Shown: positions 10,764 to 20,919, counted from the first letter of the stretch. The stretch: DNA of 64,000 nt from Nitrospirota bacterium (GCA_963788195.1 CAWBGA010000017.1:288001-352000); one strand, 5' to 3'. Numbers and translations: made by a program. The notes: a model not told the origin generated them from the sequence alone.

Positions 10764-11105
10764 CTAGCCTACCTCGATGTGAATGCTCTTGATCCGGCGG
10801 CGTTGGGAATTGAGGACGGACTCCACGAATTCCCCAATCAGTTGCGAGGGTCGATTTTCCCCCTTGGTGACCGCCCAACATTCCAGAATCTGTAGCTGGC
10901 TGTTCCAACGATACCGGACCGCCCCTTTACCCCCGCTTCGGCTGTGCACCCAGCTCCAGCCTTCGGGACGGTCGATCTTTTGCTGTTGCTGGAGGCGTAC
11001 CGGGTACTTGTTGCGTTTTCGTGTCCGGTCTTTCGTCAGATCATTATTGAGTGAATCTCGCAATGACGTGCCTTTCGCACTAACGACCCAGAAGCGGACC
11101 TTCAT
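10764..11105 (-). CDS. hypothetical basic protein (113 aa)
   Basis: ORF with GGAGGG RBS before ATG 11105; no recognised motif. Confidence 0.6.
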   Translation of the reverse strand: MKVRFWVVSAKGTSLRDSLNNDLTKDRTRKRNKYPVRLQQQQKIDRPEGWSWVHSRSGGKGAVRYRWNSQLQILECWAVTKGENRPSQLIGEFVESVLNSQRRRIKSIHIEVG

Positions 11106-11113
11106 GGCGCCCT

Positions 11114-11475
11114 CCAAACAAAGCTTGCTCGACCCGAAGGCCTGATGATTATTTAAGGCCGCCGGGGTAGTTTGATTACTCTTTCTTTCTGCGGAATCCC
11201 ATTACACTCCACCATTGCACCCGCCCGCCCCTCGCCCGCCAAGACGGGCTTCCTTCCCGAGGCCTGGAGTTATCTCGACCCCTTGCAAATGAAGGCAAGG
11301 GGTGCCCCGGACAAACTCCCTTCCCCTAGGCTTGCTCGCTATTACACCCAGCCCACCCTCGAACTCGCCATTGCACCCGCCCGCCCTGGAGTTTGCCGAG
11401 ACAAACTCCTTTACCCTTCTGACGCAGTTCGTTTCTCCCATGGGCCTGATGCTTATTTAAGGCCGCCGGGGGAGT
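11114..11475 (-). repeat. mosaic intergenic repeat cluster A (G-tract/hairpin units plus module B)
   Basis: Units at 11216-11258 and 11372-11416; module B at 11122-11171 and 11443-11471; 11114-11133 is the exact reverse complement of 50137-50156, and 11310-11329 of 49844-49863. Confidence 0.9.
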
Positions 11476-11495
11476 TGTTGTTGGACGAGCCCAAC

Positions 11496-12101
11496 TCACT
11501 GCGAGCGAAACAAGACTACTCCCATATAGGCGAGGATCCCGTTGAGACCGACGTTTCGATCTCCCGTCCCCGCGTTAGAGATATGATGAAACCTAAGGCC
11601 GAGGGTAAGGGCATAGTTAGGTGATACGAAATACTGAAGACCTGATCCCACTTGAAGGACGAAATTGAACGGCGAGCCGTAGTCAAGGGCAGGCGGCAGG
11701 TCTGACCATAGCATTCCCGCCCCTGCATCCAGATAAGGGACCCACCGACCAAATGTAACAAAGTTGTACTTCAGCAGCAATGATCCGCCTGCGGCTGTCG
11801 CGCCGAACGGCCTGAAATACCGAGCGTAGAGCGGCTCTGCCAAGACCTGCAATCTGCCGAGGAACGACCCGCGCCCCAGTTCGCCGCTCACAACCGTTCC
11901 CAACCGAGGAAGAACATAGAGAGCGCCGCGGTCATTCGAGACCGAGGGCCGCGTATCAAATCCTATCAGGTATCCCACTACGAGTCCGGCCTCCAGTGTG
12001 CCCATCTGGAGAAGATCACGGGGACTTGGGGTTTCAGCCCAAGAACCTGTTGAGCCATGTAACACGATTAAAAATGTGAGCATGCTGGTCAGAACACGCA
12101 T
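11496..12101 (-). CDS. PagL-like lipid A 3-O-deacylase / acyloxyacyl hydrolase outer-membrane barrel
   Basis: Signal peptide, FNF, catalytic RFHHISNAG...N.GLN. Confidence 0.85.
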   Translation of the reverse strand: MRVLTSMLTFLIVLHGSTGSWAETPSPRDLLQMGTLEAGLVVGYLIGFDTRPSVSNDRGALYVLPRLGTVVSGELGRGSFLGRLQVLAEPLYARYFRPFGATAAGGSLLLKYNFVTFGRWVPYLDAGAGMLWSDLPPALDYGSPFNFVLQVGSGLQYFVSPNYALTLGLRFHHISNAGTGDRNVGLNGILAYMGVVLFRSQ

Positions 12102-12260
12102 GACATAGCAGTACCGTAGTGGAAGCCGGAAATGGGATCATACAGAAGGGAACTCAGGTATCTAAAGCCTAATACGCAGGTTTTTCCTTGCATTATGTTC
12201 CAGCGACAGCAAAAGAGGTACCATAGCGTCAAGCTTCAGTCACTCCTTGAGGCAAGAGAG

Positions 12261-12581
12261 ATGAATCAGGCCGGAAACACCGAACAGGCAGAGATAGCCG
12301 TGAGCTACCGGTTTGCGCGAGAGCATGGCTGGGTGGTCAATGCTATCGGCGGGTTTCTGTCGGCCTACTTTATGGAGGATCCCCGCTTCCAGGTTCTACG
12401 CCGCTACGAAGAACTGGATACGGGCACCGTCGTGTGGCTTTGTCAGATGGAACCAGGGATGTCAATGAAACGGCTGTGCAAACGGCTCTCGGTGGACTTA
12501 CCGGCGAGCCGCATCACTGAATGCAAGGAGGCTCCCAATAGCATGATTCGGTATGTGATTGAGGCACCGGAGGCAGGCTAG
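12261..12581 (+). CDS. hypothetical protein
   Basis: ORF; likely start ATG 12261 after a purine-rich stretch. Confidence 0.6.
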   Translation: MNQAGNTEQAEIAVSYRFAREHGWVVNAIGGFLSAYFMEDPRFQVLRRYEELDTGTVVWLCQMEPGMSMKRLCKRLSVDLPASRITECKEAPNSMIRYVIEAPEAG

Positions 12582-13369
12582 CCGGACGGCTTCCATGCCG
12601 AAAGGACACACCGCTGCGCAATGAGTGGCGTAAAGCTCGCCACGTCTTCAGAGACTGTATTCATAACCTTGTGGGCCAGACGCAGATCATCGAAACATTC
12701 ATACACGTCCTCAAGAAAACCTCCCCTCAGCAGCGGATGGTTGAGAAACAATGAGCCGGCCCCGGTTGGAACTTCCAAAGGCCATTCGGCCACCTGGATT
12801 TGTGCCAGATTCAACGTCTCAAGCCACCCGCGGCCGTCATCGGCCGAAGGCCGCTCTGCTACATGGGTTGCAAGTCGTTCCCGCTCTCGTCGCAGGCCGT
12901 GACTGGTCATTTCCTGATCGATTCTACGCCAGAGTGCATCAAACGTCCCTCGCGATGGGAAGGTCAAAACCAGTTGACCGCCTGGCTTCAGATGCTGAGC
13001 CAGACCACGGACTGTATTGAACCGGTCCGGGCGAAAAAACATAACCGAAAGATTGCCCGTGATGCGGTCAAAGCTCGGCAGACTTCCCTCGAGCGAGCGC
13101 ACATCGCGACACTCAAAACGAAGCCATGGCAGATGTTTCCCTTGAATCCTTCGAGCCTGTGCAAGCTGGTTCTCGCTGCAATCGATTCCAAGTACTTGTC
13201 CGGTGGGGCCGACCTTCTCAGCGACGTATAATGCCGGAATGCCATCCCCCGACGCCACATCTAGGACAGTCGCGCCAGAAAAAATATCGAGATAATGTAA
13301 TAACGCCTCCGCAAAGGGAGTTGACCAGTAATCCTCTGACGGCAGCCACCGTGAAGGCACTTGAGGCAA
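12578..13369 (-). CDS. class I SAM-dependent methyltransferase
   Basis: VLDVASGDG, VLGIDCS, LKPGGQL. Confidence 0.88.
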   Translation of the reverse strand: MPQVPSRWLPSEDYWSTPFAEALLHYLDIFSGATVLDVASGDGIPALYVAEKVGPTGQVLGIDCSENQLAQARRIQGKHLPWLRFECRDVRSLEGSLPSFDRITGNLSVMFFRPDRFNTVRGLAQHLKPGGQLVLTFPSRGTFDALWRRIDQEMTSHGLRRERERLATHVAERPSADDGRGWLETLNLAQIQVAEWPLEVPTGAGSLFLNHPLLRGGFLEDVYECFDDLRLAHKVMNTVSEDVASFTPLIAQRCVLSAWKPSG

Positions 13370-13447
13370 TCTTTCTACGCGCCCGCCTGCGGATCTGCCG
13401 GGGGCAGCCCTACCACCATGAGTCTTGCTTACAAAGGACCTGAATGA

Positions 13448-13909
13448 TTATTTGTTTTTTAGGTGAGTCAACGCTTCTTCGGCATGTTTGGTGCCTTCTG
13501 TAGCATTGCCTTTCTGCGCTTCGTCGACTGCCAATTTTAAATGTTTAATCCCTTCCTGCACGTGGGCTTCAGCATGGAGCTTCTCGCCCCTCTCTGCACT
13601 CTGTAAGGCCGCCTCGGCATGCTTGCGCAACCCCGCAGCATTTCCTGCTTTACCTTGTGCGATGGCCTTCTGGGTGTGCTTGATGGCCTTCCGTTCCTTG
13701 GCCTCCTGTTTCGCGTGCGCAGGATCCTTTTTGCCGCCCATGTCCGTGCTGGAACCTTCATGTTGTTCACTTGCGGAGCTGGGAGGAGGTGCTGATGTGG
13801 CGGGAGCGCCTGCAGGAGGCTCAGGCTCGGAGGTTACCGCATAGCCGACGTGGACTGTCGCGCACAGCAGAATCGTGGACAAGATGAACACCGGTGAAAT
13901 ACGAGACAT
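13448..13909 (-). CDS. periplasmic small metal-binding protein (SmbP-like) with Pro/Ser linker
   Basis: Signal peptide; His-periodic helical repeats KHAEAAL / EGIKHLKLAV / KHAEEALTHL. Confidence 0.8.
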   Translation of the reverse strand: MSRISPVFILSTILLCATVHVGYAVTSEPEPPAGAPATSAPPPSSASEQHEGSSTDMGGKKDPAHAKQEAKERKAIKHTQKAIAQGKAGNAAGLRKHAEAALQSAERGEKLHAEAHVQEGIKHLKLAVDEAQKGNATEGTKHAEEALTHLKNK

Positions 13910-14312
13910 CCTATTACCTCCATAGCAAGGAGAAAAGTGGTTACACTGATTCCGAGGGTAAAGGTGTTTCCAGCGGCTTCCTATTCCCTAATAGTACAGG
14001 CGCAACTTACCCAGAGCTTTGAATCGTTTTCACGCACGCACTAAAGAATAAGTCCGTGAGTAAGCCTTTGTTACTTCTTCAACTCCTTCTCACACTATGT
14101 ATTCTGGCCTTTGTTGAAAGCAACGGTCTCAAGGTGTGCCATTTATCAATCGACGTTGCATGACTCTAAAGAAATACGTAGGAAAATCGCACCCCCCGGG
14201 ATATAATCCGCGAGTGCTCATCCTCGCCCTCAGGCACCTCTTACACGATAAGATTGTATTTTCAACGTGGTGAAAAGTCTTTGTTTTCCCAAAATTAAGG
14301 AGATATCTTCCT

Positions 14313-14570
14313 TTGGATTTCATGGAAACACTCTTTGTAAGCGCCTTGCCGTTTAAAGTCACCGACCAAGAACTACGTTCATTGTTCCAACCCTACGGTG
14401 AAATAAGGTCCATCACGATTCATGCCGATTGGGAAAAAGCGACTTATGAACCTTATGCTCATATTGAGATGAACAATGCTGATGCAGCGATTCGTGCGCT
14501 TGACGGTCTCATCATTGGGCCCACCTATCTACGCGTCAACAAACTGATCAATTTGGACAGCCATGAGTAG
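14313..14570 (+). CDS. RRM (RNP) RNA-binding protein
   Basis: LFVSALPFKVTDQELRSLFQPYGEI, YAHIEM, AIRALDG, LRVNK; AAGGAG RBS upstream of TTG 14313 (alternative ATG 14322). Confidence 0.85.
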   Translation: MDFMETLFVSALPFKVTDQELRSLFQPYGEIRSITIHADWEKATYEPYAHIEMNNADAAIRALDGLIIGPTYLRVNKLINLDSHE

Positions 14571-15747
14571 GGATATTGATCAGGTAATAGTCAACGATCT
14601 GAGAAGATTTGATTTTCTCGCACAAAATATCTGGCCAAAGATCCGCTTGCTTCTTAAGGGGTCGGTCGCCGCTCGATGCAACCAATGCGTCTTATCTTCC
14701 AAAGCTCCTGCTACCGTACTCAACAAATCGGGCATTTGTAATTTTTGTGAAGAATTTAACACCTTAAAGAAAGATCAAGGGCAAAAGCGCTGGGAAGACA
14801 TGTATGTCGCGCATCAGCGGCAACATCTCGATCAGATGTTAACGGACCATCAGGGGAAAGGTAGGAATCGATACGACGCGCTGGTACTCTTTAGTGGGGG
14901 AAAAGACAGCGTATACATTCTTTCACGGGTCAGAAAAGACTATCCTCGTCTACGCTTGCTTTTAATGACTTGGGACAACGGCTACTACAGCAAGATTGCC
15001 TTGGAAGCCTCCAAGCGCATTGCGCGCAAACTGGACTTGGATCATTTAGTCTACCGACCGATCAGTTCTGTCTACAAAACACTCTACCGGTACACCCTTC
15101 AGCATGTGGCAGAAAAAGGCAGCTATCAAACTGTGGATCGACTCGATGGCACGCTCAATCAACTGCTTGGGTTGGATTTTGCCTATGAATTTGAAATTCC
15201 CTTGGTTTTGAGCGGGGTGGATTGGGCGCAAAGCCTGATTATGCAAAGCCAAACTTACTTTGTAGCGCCTGATGAAGATATCCACTCCCGCATTTTGGTG
15301 GATCGCATGGAACAGCGCTCCGGATTCAAAATAAAGAATATATTTACCCCAGAGAATCAGAAACTGTTTTGGGATGGTACAGGCAAAGAACGGCGTCGCA
15401 TACCAAAATACGTGCTGCCTTTAGCCGCGTGGAGGCCTAATAAGGCAGACGTTCAAGTGCAGCTGGACAAGGAGGGCTTACTGCCCAAGAGAGACTCCAG
15501 CCCCATCATAACCAACAATCAAGTCCTTTCCGTGATGACAGCATTGGATATAAAACGCATTGGCTACTGTAGTTTTGAACCCGAGTTCTCCGCCATGATC
15601 CGCATGAACGAGAGTGAGCCCATCTACTGGAAAAATGTATTTGAATGCGTAGAATATCTGATCAGAACAGACAGTTCCATCCTTAAAGCCGTCATTAATA
15701 GAGTACTCATTAAACTCGAACTGACCCCACAGGAAGTCGGACTCTAA
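14563..15747 (+). CDS. N-type ATP pyrophosphatase (PP-loop) with N-terminal CxxC..CxxC; N-acetyl-sugar amidotransferase/QueC-like
   Basis: CNQC...CNFC, YDALVLFSGGKDS; overlaps the RRM gene by 8 nt. Confidence 0.8.
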   Translation: MSRDIDQVIVNDLRRFDFLAQNIWPKIRLLLKGSVAARCNQCVLSSKAPATVLNKSGICNFCEEFNTLKKDQGQKRWEDMYVAHQRQHLDQMLTDHQGKGRNRYDALVLFSGGKDSVYILSRVRKDYPRLRLLLMTWDNGYYSKIALEASKRIARKLDLDHLVYRPISSVYKTLYRYTLQHVAEKGSYQTVDRLDGTLNQLLGLDFAYEFEIPLVLSGVDWAQSLIMQSQTYFVAPDEDIHSRILVDRMEQRSGFKIKNIFTPENQKLFWDGTGKERRRIPKYVLPLAAWRPNKADVQVQLDKEGLLPKRDSSPIITNNQVLSVMTALDIKRIGYCSFEPEFSAMIRMNESEPIYWKNVFECVEYLIRTDSSILKAVINRVLIKLELTPQEVGL

Positions 15748-15947
15748 AAAGCAAGATCTTAAGCCTGGACACCAAACCCAAGTTGTGAAACCGAGTCGAG
15801 AGGTTGGAGAGGAGTCCTGCTTGGACAGAGACGAATCAATGACAGCCTGGTCCTCATAATTCCAGCACGATAAGATGCCTGATGTCGCCAGGCAGAAAGT
15901 AGTCGTCCAAGCGAGCGATCTGAGTGGCATTGCTGTTACAACGCGGC

Positions 15948-17117
15948 TCAATCAGACGACGGCACGGGAAATTCAATCGTAAATTTCGTTCCATTCTCGC
16001 GGGAGAATTCAATCGTGCCGCCGAGCTGCTTTGCAAGCGTGGCAACGAGCTGCAAGCCTAATGATGTCACTTTGTCTAGGCTGAAACCCTCGGGAAGCCC
16101 GATGCCGTTGTCCTGCACAATGATGATGTAACGCTGTTCCTCACGGGCGATGTTAACGCATATTTGCCCGTCTCCGGCTGGAAACGCATACTTGAATGCA
16201 TTGGTAAGGAGTTCGTTAAGAATCAAGCCACAGCTTATCGCAATATCAGGGTTCCAGAGCAGATCCTGTGTGCTGATGATAAACGACACGTTGGAGGCTC
16301 CGAAGGACCGTGTAATATTTGCGATCAGAGCATTGACGTACTGATCCGTATCGATGTCGGAAAACGATCCAGATCGATACAACTGCTCGTGGATCAAGGC
16401 CATCGAATGGATGCGCCCCTGAATGTCTTCGAAGATGTTGCCGGGCTGTTTGATTGCCAGGGCTGCTGATTGCAAACTGAGTAGGCTCGAAATGATCTGA
16501 AGATTGTTTTTGGTCCGGTGATGGATTTCTTTTAGGAGAAGCGCCTTCTCCCTGAGTGAAGCCATGATCGAAGCGTGCGCCGCTTTCTGTTCCGTGATGT
16601 CTTCCACGACTACGTTGATGCCGACAACTTGACTCGCAGCATTTCGCAGCGGGTAATAGCTGGCCAAAAAGTCTCGCTCCCTTGCGTGTTCCGACGCGGT
16701 TCTGCCGTGGATTTCAATATTCAGCGCAGGCTGCCCGGTAGCGATAACACTCTGAAGAATAGGATCGAGAATGGGAAAGAGTTCAGGGAGCAGGTCACGT
16801 ATCGTCTTGCCTATGTGGTCCTCGACGGATCGTCCATTCATCTCAGCCAGCCGGTGGTTGATGCTGAGATAGCGCATATCGGTATCCACACAACAAAGGC
16901 CTATGGGCGCCGTGTCATAGATCGCTGTGAGCTGCGCAAGCTGCTTGTGTATGGTCTCTTGATCCTTCCGGCGTTCGTCGATCTCTTTAACTAAGACACT
17001 GCTTCTTTTCCTTCGGCTCTCGACCAGGTACAGGGTCAGGAGACCGAGCAGGGTGAACATCGCCCAAGGGGGTTTTTCATGTCCTTTCCGAGCTTCACGC
17101 TTTGGCACGGGTTGCAT
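15948..17117 (-). CDS. PAS-domain sensor histidine kinase (HisKA_2 type), orphan
   Basis: PAS (APIGLC..D.D.RY..IN); EIHHRTKNNLQIISSLL; NELLTNAFKYAF; DNGIG; SLGLQLV. Confidence 0.9.
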   Translation of the reverse strand: MQPVPKREARKGHEKPPWAMFTLLGLLTLYLVESRRKRSSVLVKEIDERRKDQETIHKQLAQLTAIYDTAPIGLCCVDTDMRYLSINHRLAEMNGRSVEDHIGKTIRDLLPELFPILDPILQSVIATGQPALNIEIHGRTASEHARERDFLASYYPLRNAASQVVGINVVVEDITEQKAAHASIMASLREKALLLKEIHHRTKNNLQIISSLLSLQSAALAIKQPGNIFEDIQGRIHSMALIHEQLYRSGSFSDIDTDQYVNALIANITRSFGASNVSFIISTQDLLWNPDIAISCGLILNELLTNAFKYAFPAGDGQICVNIAREEQRYIIIVQDNGIGLPEGFSLDKVTSLGLQLVATLAKQLGGTIEFSRENGTKFTIEFPVPSSD

Positions 17118-17334
17118 CCCTCCTGCAGCTTAGCGTGTGGAATACCAGCTGCAGCGGCCACAGGTGTCGGCGCACCTGAGTATAAGCCGAACCTCCGTCA
17201 TGTCTGTCGGGAAAAACCTTACATTACTATTGGGGGAAGAAACCTTTGCCGTACCTTCCCCTCGCTCCTGAAGCAAGGGGAAGGTGCGTGTAATCATCTG
17301 CGCATCGGAAGCCAGGATTTTATTGTCGGGTAAG

Positions 17335-17796
17335 TCATGTTTTTGCGGGTCGCACCGGCGCCTTCCGCCATGACCCGACCTTGCGGAGAGCCACCACAGA
17401 AAAGGAACTGCCCTTGAAATAGGTTAGGAACTTGGCCGGCACCCAGCGCTTCATCTGCCCGCTGCCTTGACAGAAACGACAGGACTCAGCGGGGGGGTCG
17501 CAGAAACACCTCCAGTGTACGAGAACTTCCATCTTCACTTTTGATTTCGTCGTCAGCGCCTCTACCGCCTCAACCGCGATGTGCTCCTTGCTGCTGAGGG
17601 CTTCTTCTATATAGACCTGCTTCGCAGTATTTTCGCTGCCCCAAGTCCGAACCGCTGCGTTAAATTTCATCAGGGCGCTGAGCAGCGGCTCTGCCTGAGG
17701 ATCGTGTTCCAGCTTATGCTCGATCCACATGATGCTGATTGCCATGTGCGCGGCGACCACTTCAGCGCGGGTAAGTGTCATGCAGGTCTTCATCAC
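17335..17796 (-). CDS. hypothetical protein with Cys cluster (CFC...CRFCQGSG)
   Basis: ORF with AAGGAGGG RBS; possible zinc-binding motif. Confidence 0.6.
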   Translation of the reverse strand: MMKTCMTLTRAEVVAAHMAISIMWIEHKLEHDPQAEPLLSALMKFNAAVRTWGSENTAKQVYIEEALSSKEHIAVEAVEALTTKSKVKMEVLVHWRCFCDPPAESCRFCQGSGQMKRWVPAKFLTYFKGSSFSVVALRKVGSWRKAPVRPAKT

Positions 17797-18132
17797 GTAC
17801 CCTCCTTATGTTCCTCCGACGCGACCCCGTTTTCTTGGTCCACGGCAATAGTTATGCACCAGGCGTCAAATTTGCGCGGTTGCCGCGGTTGCACAATACC
17901 TGTACGCCTACACACAGATTACGCGTCCCTCTCCCCAATACTAGCCCTCCTTTGGAGCAACTCTTCACAGAGGAACCCCATTAATCCCTTTTAATGCGCA
18001 GACTTATGGGCAATAGGACTAATGGGGGTAGCGATCGACAGCCGATGGGTTTCCGAGCAGAAAGGAGGGTAGTTGGCGGGAGCTGAAACCCCGCCGTCGC
18101 CAAATCCGAATCTAACGGACTCGAATACTTAT

Positions 18133-18267
18133 TTACTGCCGCCCCTTGCAGCCTGGATGGTTACAAGAGCATTTGGTTGTCTCTTTCGATCCAGCACACT
18201 GGTCACTGCAGAAAGCCTTCCCTTGAGCCGTTTCACAGTTGCACGCCGGATGTTGGCATTTGTTCAT
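18133..18267 (-). CDS. bacterial metallothionein-like peptide (44 aa; absent from ORF track)
   Basis: Hand translation MNKCQHPACNCETAQGKAFCSDQCAGSKETTKCSCNHPGCKGRQ (8 Cys, 2 His); GAGG RBS upstream. Confidence 0.85.
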   Translation of the reverse strand: MNKCQHPACNCETAQGKAFCSDQCAGSKETTKCSCNHPGCKGRQ

Positions 18268-18369
18268 GTTGCACCTCGCTGCTGTAGCTTAGCGTGAGCG
18301 CAATCGCAGCGACATGACACTAACGTAGCATGAGCACGGGAAGGAACTCGAATGAGTCTTGGACGTTGC

Positions 18370-19105
18370 TCATTGCGCTTCACTGAGTTTCTGCTCGTAC
18401 TTTCGAATCCGTCTCGCATTGGCTCCCACATCGCTTTTTCCGACCCGTGAGACCGAGCGCACGTCCACCCGGCTGTCGTCGCCCTGCGCTCTGATTCGAA
18501 CGACTATATCGTCTTTGAAGCCGAACCAGAATGTCGTATCCGTCGCTTCAATCCGTCCTTCCCCTGGACTGGCGTCTATGATCTCCCATCCCATGGCGTC
18601 CATGGCCTTTAGTGCCTGACTGAAGGCTTTTTGGGGAGGAACTCGCAGAGTGAGCGGCTGGATGTCGGGATAGGCCCTGTGCTGCTGCGCGGCAATCTCC
18701 GGACCCCCGTACGCCGCCCCGTTCGGGGCGCCCGTTCTCAATGGCAAGAGCGCCACGAACTCAGGTGGATGATCGGTATCGGTACTAATATCATGAATCG
18801 CCGGCACGCTCTGCGCCGTGCGCTTCATCTGCCACGGGATCCCGGCCACCAGAAGGCCGAGAACAAGAATCCCGACGGAGATCATCGGCATGACGCTGCT
18901 GCCTCTGCCATAGCGCGACGGGAATTCCAATCGCGCCAACCACGGCGCTGCCAAGCCCGCCGTAGGCGGCCCACGTCAGGATCTGAAACCCGGTCCTAAA
19001 ATGCCACCAGCCCGCTCGGGTGCCGAATCCTGACAGGATTGCCGCCAGCGCAGAAGCCAGAACGAGCAGCAATGCGGCGCGGGTGAACGGTGGTAATACC
19101 GTCAC
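18370..19105 (-). CDS. DUF1499 membrane protein (frameshift near 18955)
   Basis: IHDISTD..PP.F, IEATDTTFWFGFKDDIVVR, VDVRSVSRVGKSDVGANARRI; TM N-terminus in the neighbouring frame. Confidence 0.85.
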
Positions 19106-19185
19106 TGCAGCTTGCTCACGGTCCCCCGGACGGGGTCACAACACACGGCGAATTCAGGTTGCCATTTTTTCACGCTGTGCAAAAT

Positions 19186-19821
19186 TTAGGCGGCCGAGCG
19201 AGCGACAGTCTGAGCGCCTAGCCGTTTGTCTAGAGCATCCCAGGCGACGTTCGCAAAGAACGCCTGAACGTATCGAGCGCGCTCTGAGGGCTTGTAGTCC
19301 AGCAGGTACGCATGTTCCCACACGTCCATGACAAGGATCGGAACAAAACCAGTGACGTTCCCTACTTCATGCAACGTGATCCAGTGGTTCGATAGGCGCC
19401 GGTTAACAGGATCTTGATAACACATCGCCCAGCCGACACCCCGCATTTTTCCGACGGCCATGAAATCAGCTTTCCAAATGTCATAGCTCCCGAAGCTCGC
19501 TTTCGCGGCCTGACGGAATGGAGCATTGCTGCCTGGACCGCTTGGACTCTTGCGGGTTTTAGTGAGATTCTCGAAGTAATATTCGTGTAGTACCATACCG
19601 TTATATTCGAACCCCAGCCGGCGGGTCAGCTCGGAATATGCCGGCATCTCCTCGTGATCGACCTGCCCATCTGCCAGAAATCCGGCGATCTTCTCGTTTA
19701 GCCGATTCGTTTCCTTGACATAGCCTTCATATAGCTTGAAATGCATTTGTAGCGTCGCGTCCGAAATGCCCTCGAGACCGTTCAAGTTAAATTCTTTGGG
19801 TTGATAGCTTTGCTTCTTCAT
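19186..19821 (-). CDS. Fe/Mn superoxide dismutase family
   Basis: MHFKLYEGYV, LHEYYF, MDVWEHAY metal ligands; ATG 19821 with GGAGG RBS. Confidence 0.92.
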   Translation of the reverse strand: MKKQSYQPKEFNLNGLEGISDATLQMHFKLYEGYVKETNRLNEKIAGFLADGQVDHEEMPAYSELTRRLGFEYNGMVLHEYYFENLTKTRKSPSGPGSNAPFRQAAKASFGSYDIWKADFMAVGKMRGVGWAMCYQDPVNRRLSNHWITLHEVGNVTGFVPILVMDVWEHAYLLDYKPSERARYVQAFFANVAWDALDKRLGAQTVARSAA

Positions 19822-20077
19822 GAATACCTCCGTTGCCGACTCAGGCATGGCCAGTTCACCTTTTCACCCTACCGGCGACGTGGGGCTTTGTCTTTTCCCC
19901 ATCGGTATCATGTGGATTCTACCGGCGATGTATCGCCGAACGGTAAAGAGGTCTTACAGATCGGAACCGGCCGCAAGACGAACAGGCTTCAGCGGCATCA
20001 CATTTGGGGGAAGTGCTCTTAGGGCGAGGGACTGTGGTTGCGGGGAAGGGATTTGAACCCTTGACCTTCGGGTTATG

Positions 20078-20768
<691 letters not shown>

Positions 20769-20774
20769 GGATGT

Positions 20775-20803
20775 ATCCTATAGACTGGTCGTCGTAGAGT
20801 CAA
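20775..20803 (-). promoter_or_regulatory. sigma70-type promoter of tRNA-fMet
   Basis: TTGACT-N17-TAGGAT ending 5 nt upstream of the tRNA 5' end. Confidence 0.7.
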
Positions 20804-20919
20804 GGCGCGCATCTGATTCGTATCATTGGGGCGGGGGCCGTATCACTGGAGATAAGATGCCGTTTTAGGATTGTGATTCACGGCGTGCCATAGTACAACA
20901 ACAACATGCTGATCACCCG

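Noticed and set aside
11131..11140. ACCCGAAGG as an att duplicate of tRNA-fMet
   Set aside because: Only 9 nt, opposite orientation to the tRNA, and part of module B, which recurs at 27384.
11139..11160. CTGATGA as a hammerhead ribozyme core
   Set aside because: Two other module B copies read CCGATGG and CTGATGC, the word is on the non-transcribed strand, and no GAAA partner is suitably placed.
11114..11475. Repeat clusters as CRISPR arrays
   Set aside because: No constant repeat-spacer period, stems vary between copies, units are nested, and there are no cas genes in the window.
11172..11624. 150-aa + strand ORF (and similar ORFs at 27504 and 49822-50369)
   Set aside because: Translations of the repeat arrays or antisense to real genes; no protein motif.
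17253..17285. ACCTTCCCCT...AGGGGAAGGT hairpin as a member of the repeat family
   Set aside because: Lacks the TCTYGG loop and the triple G-tract; more likely a terminator or unrelated palindrome.
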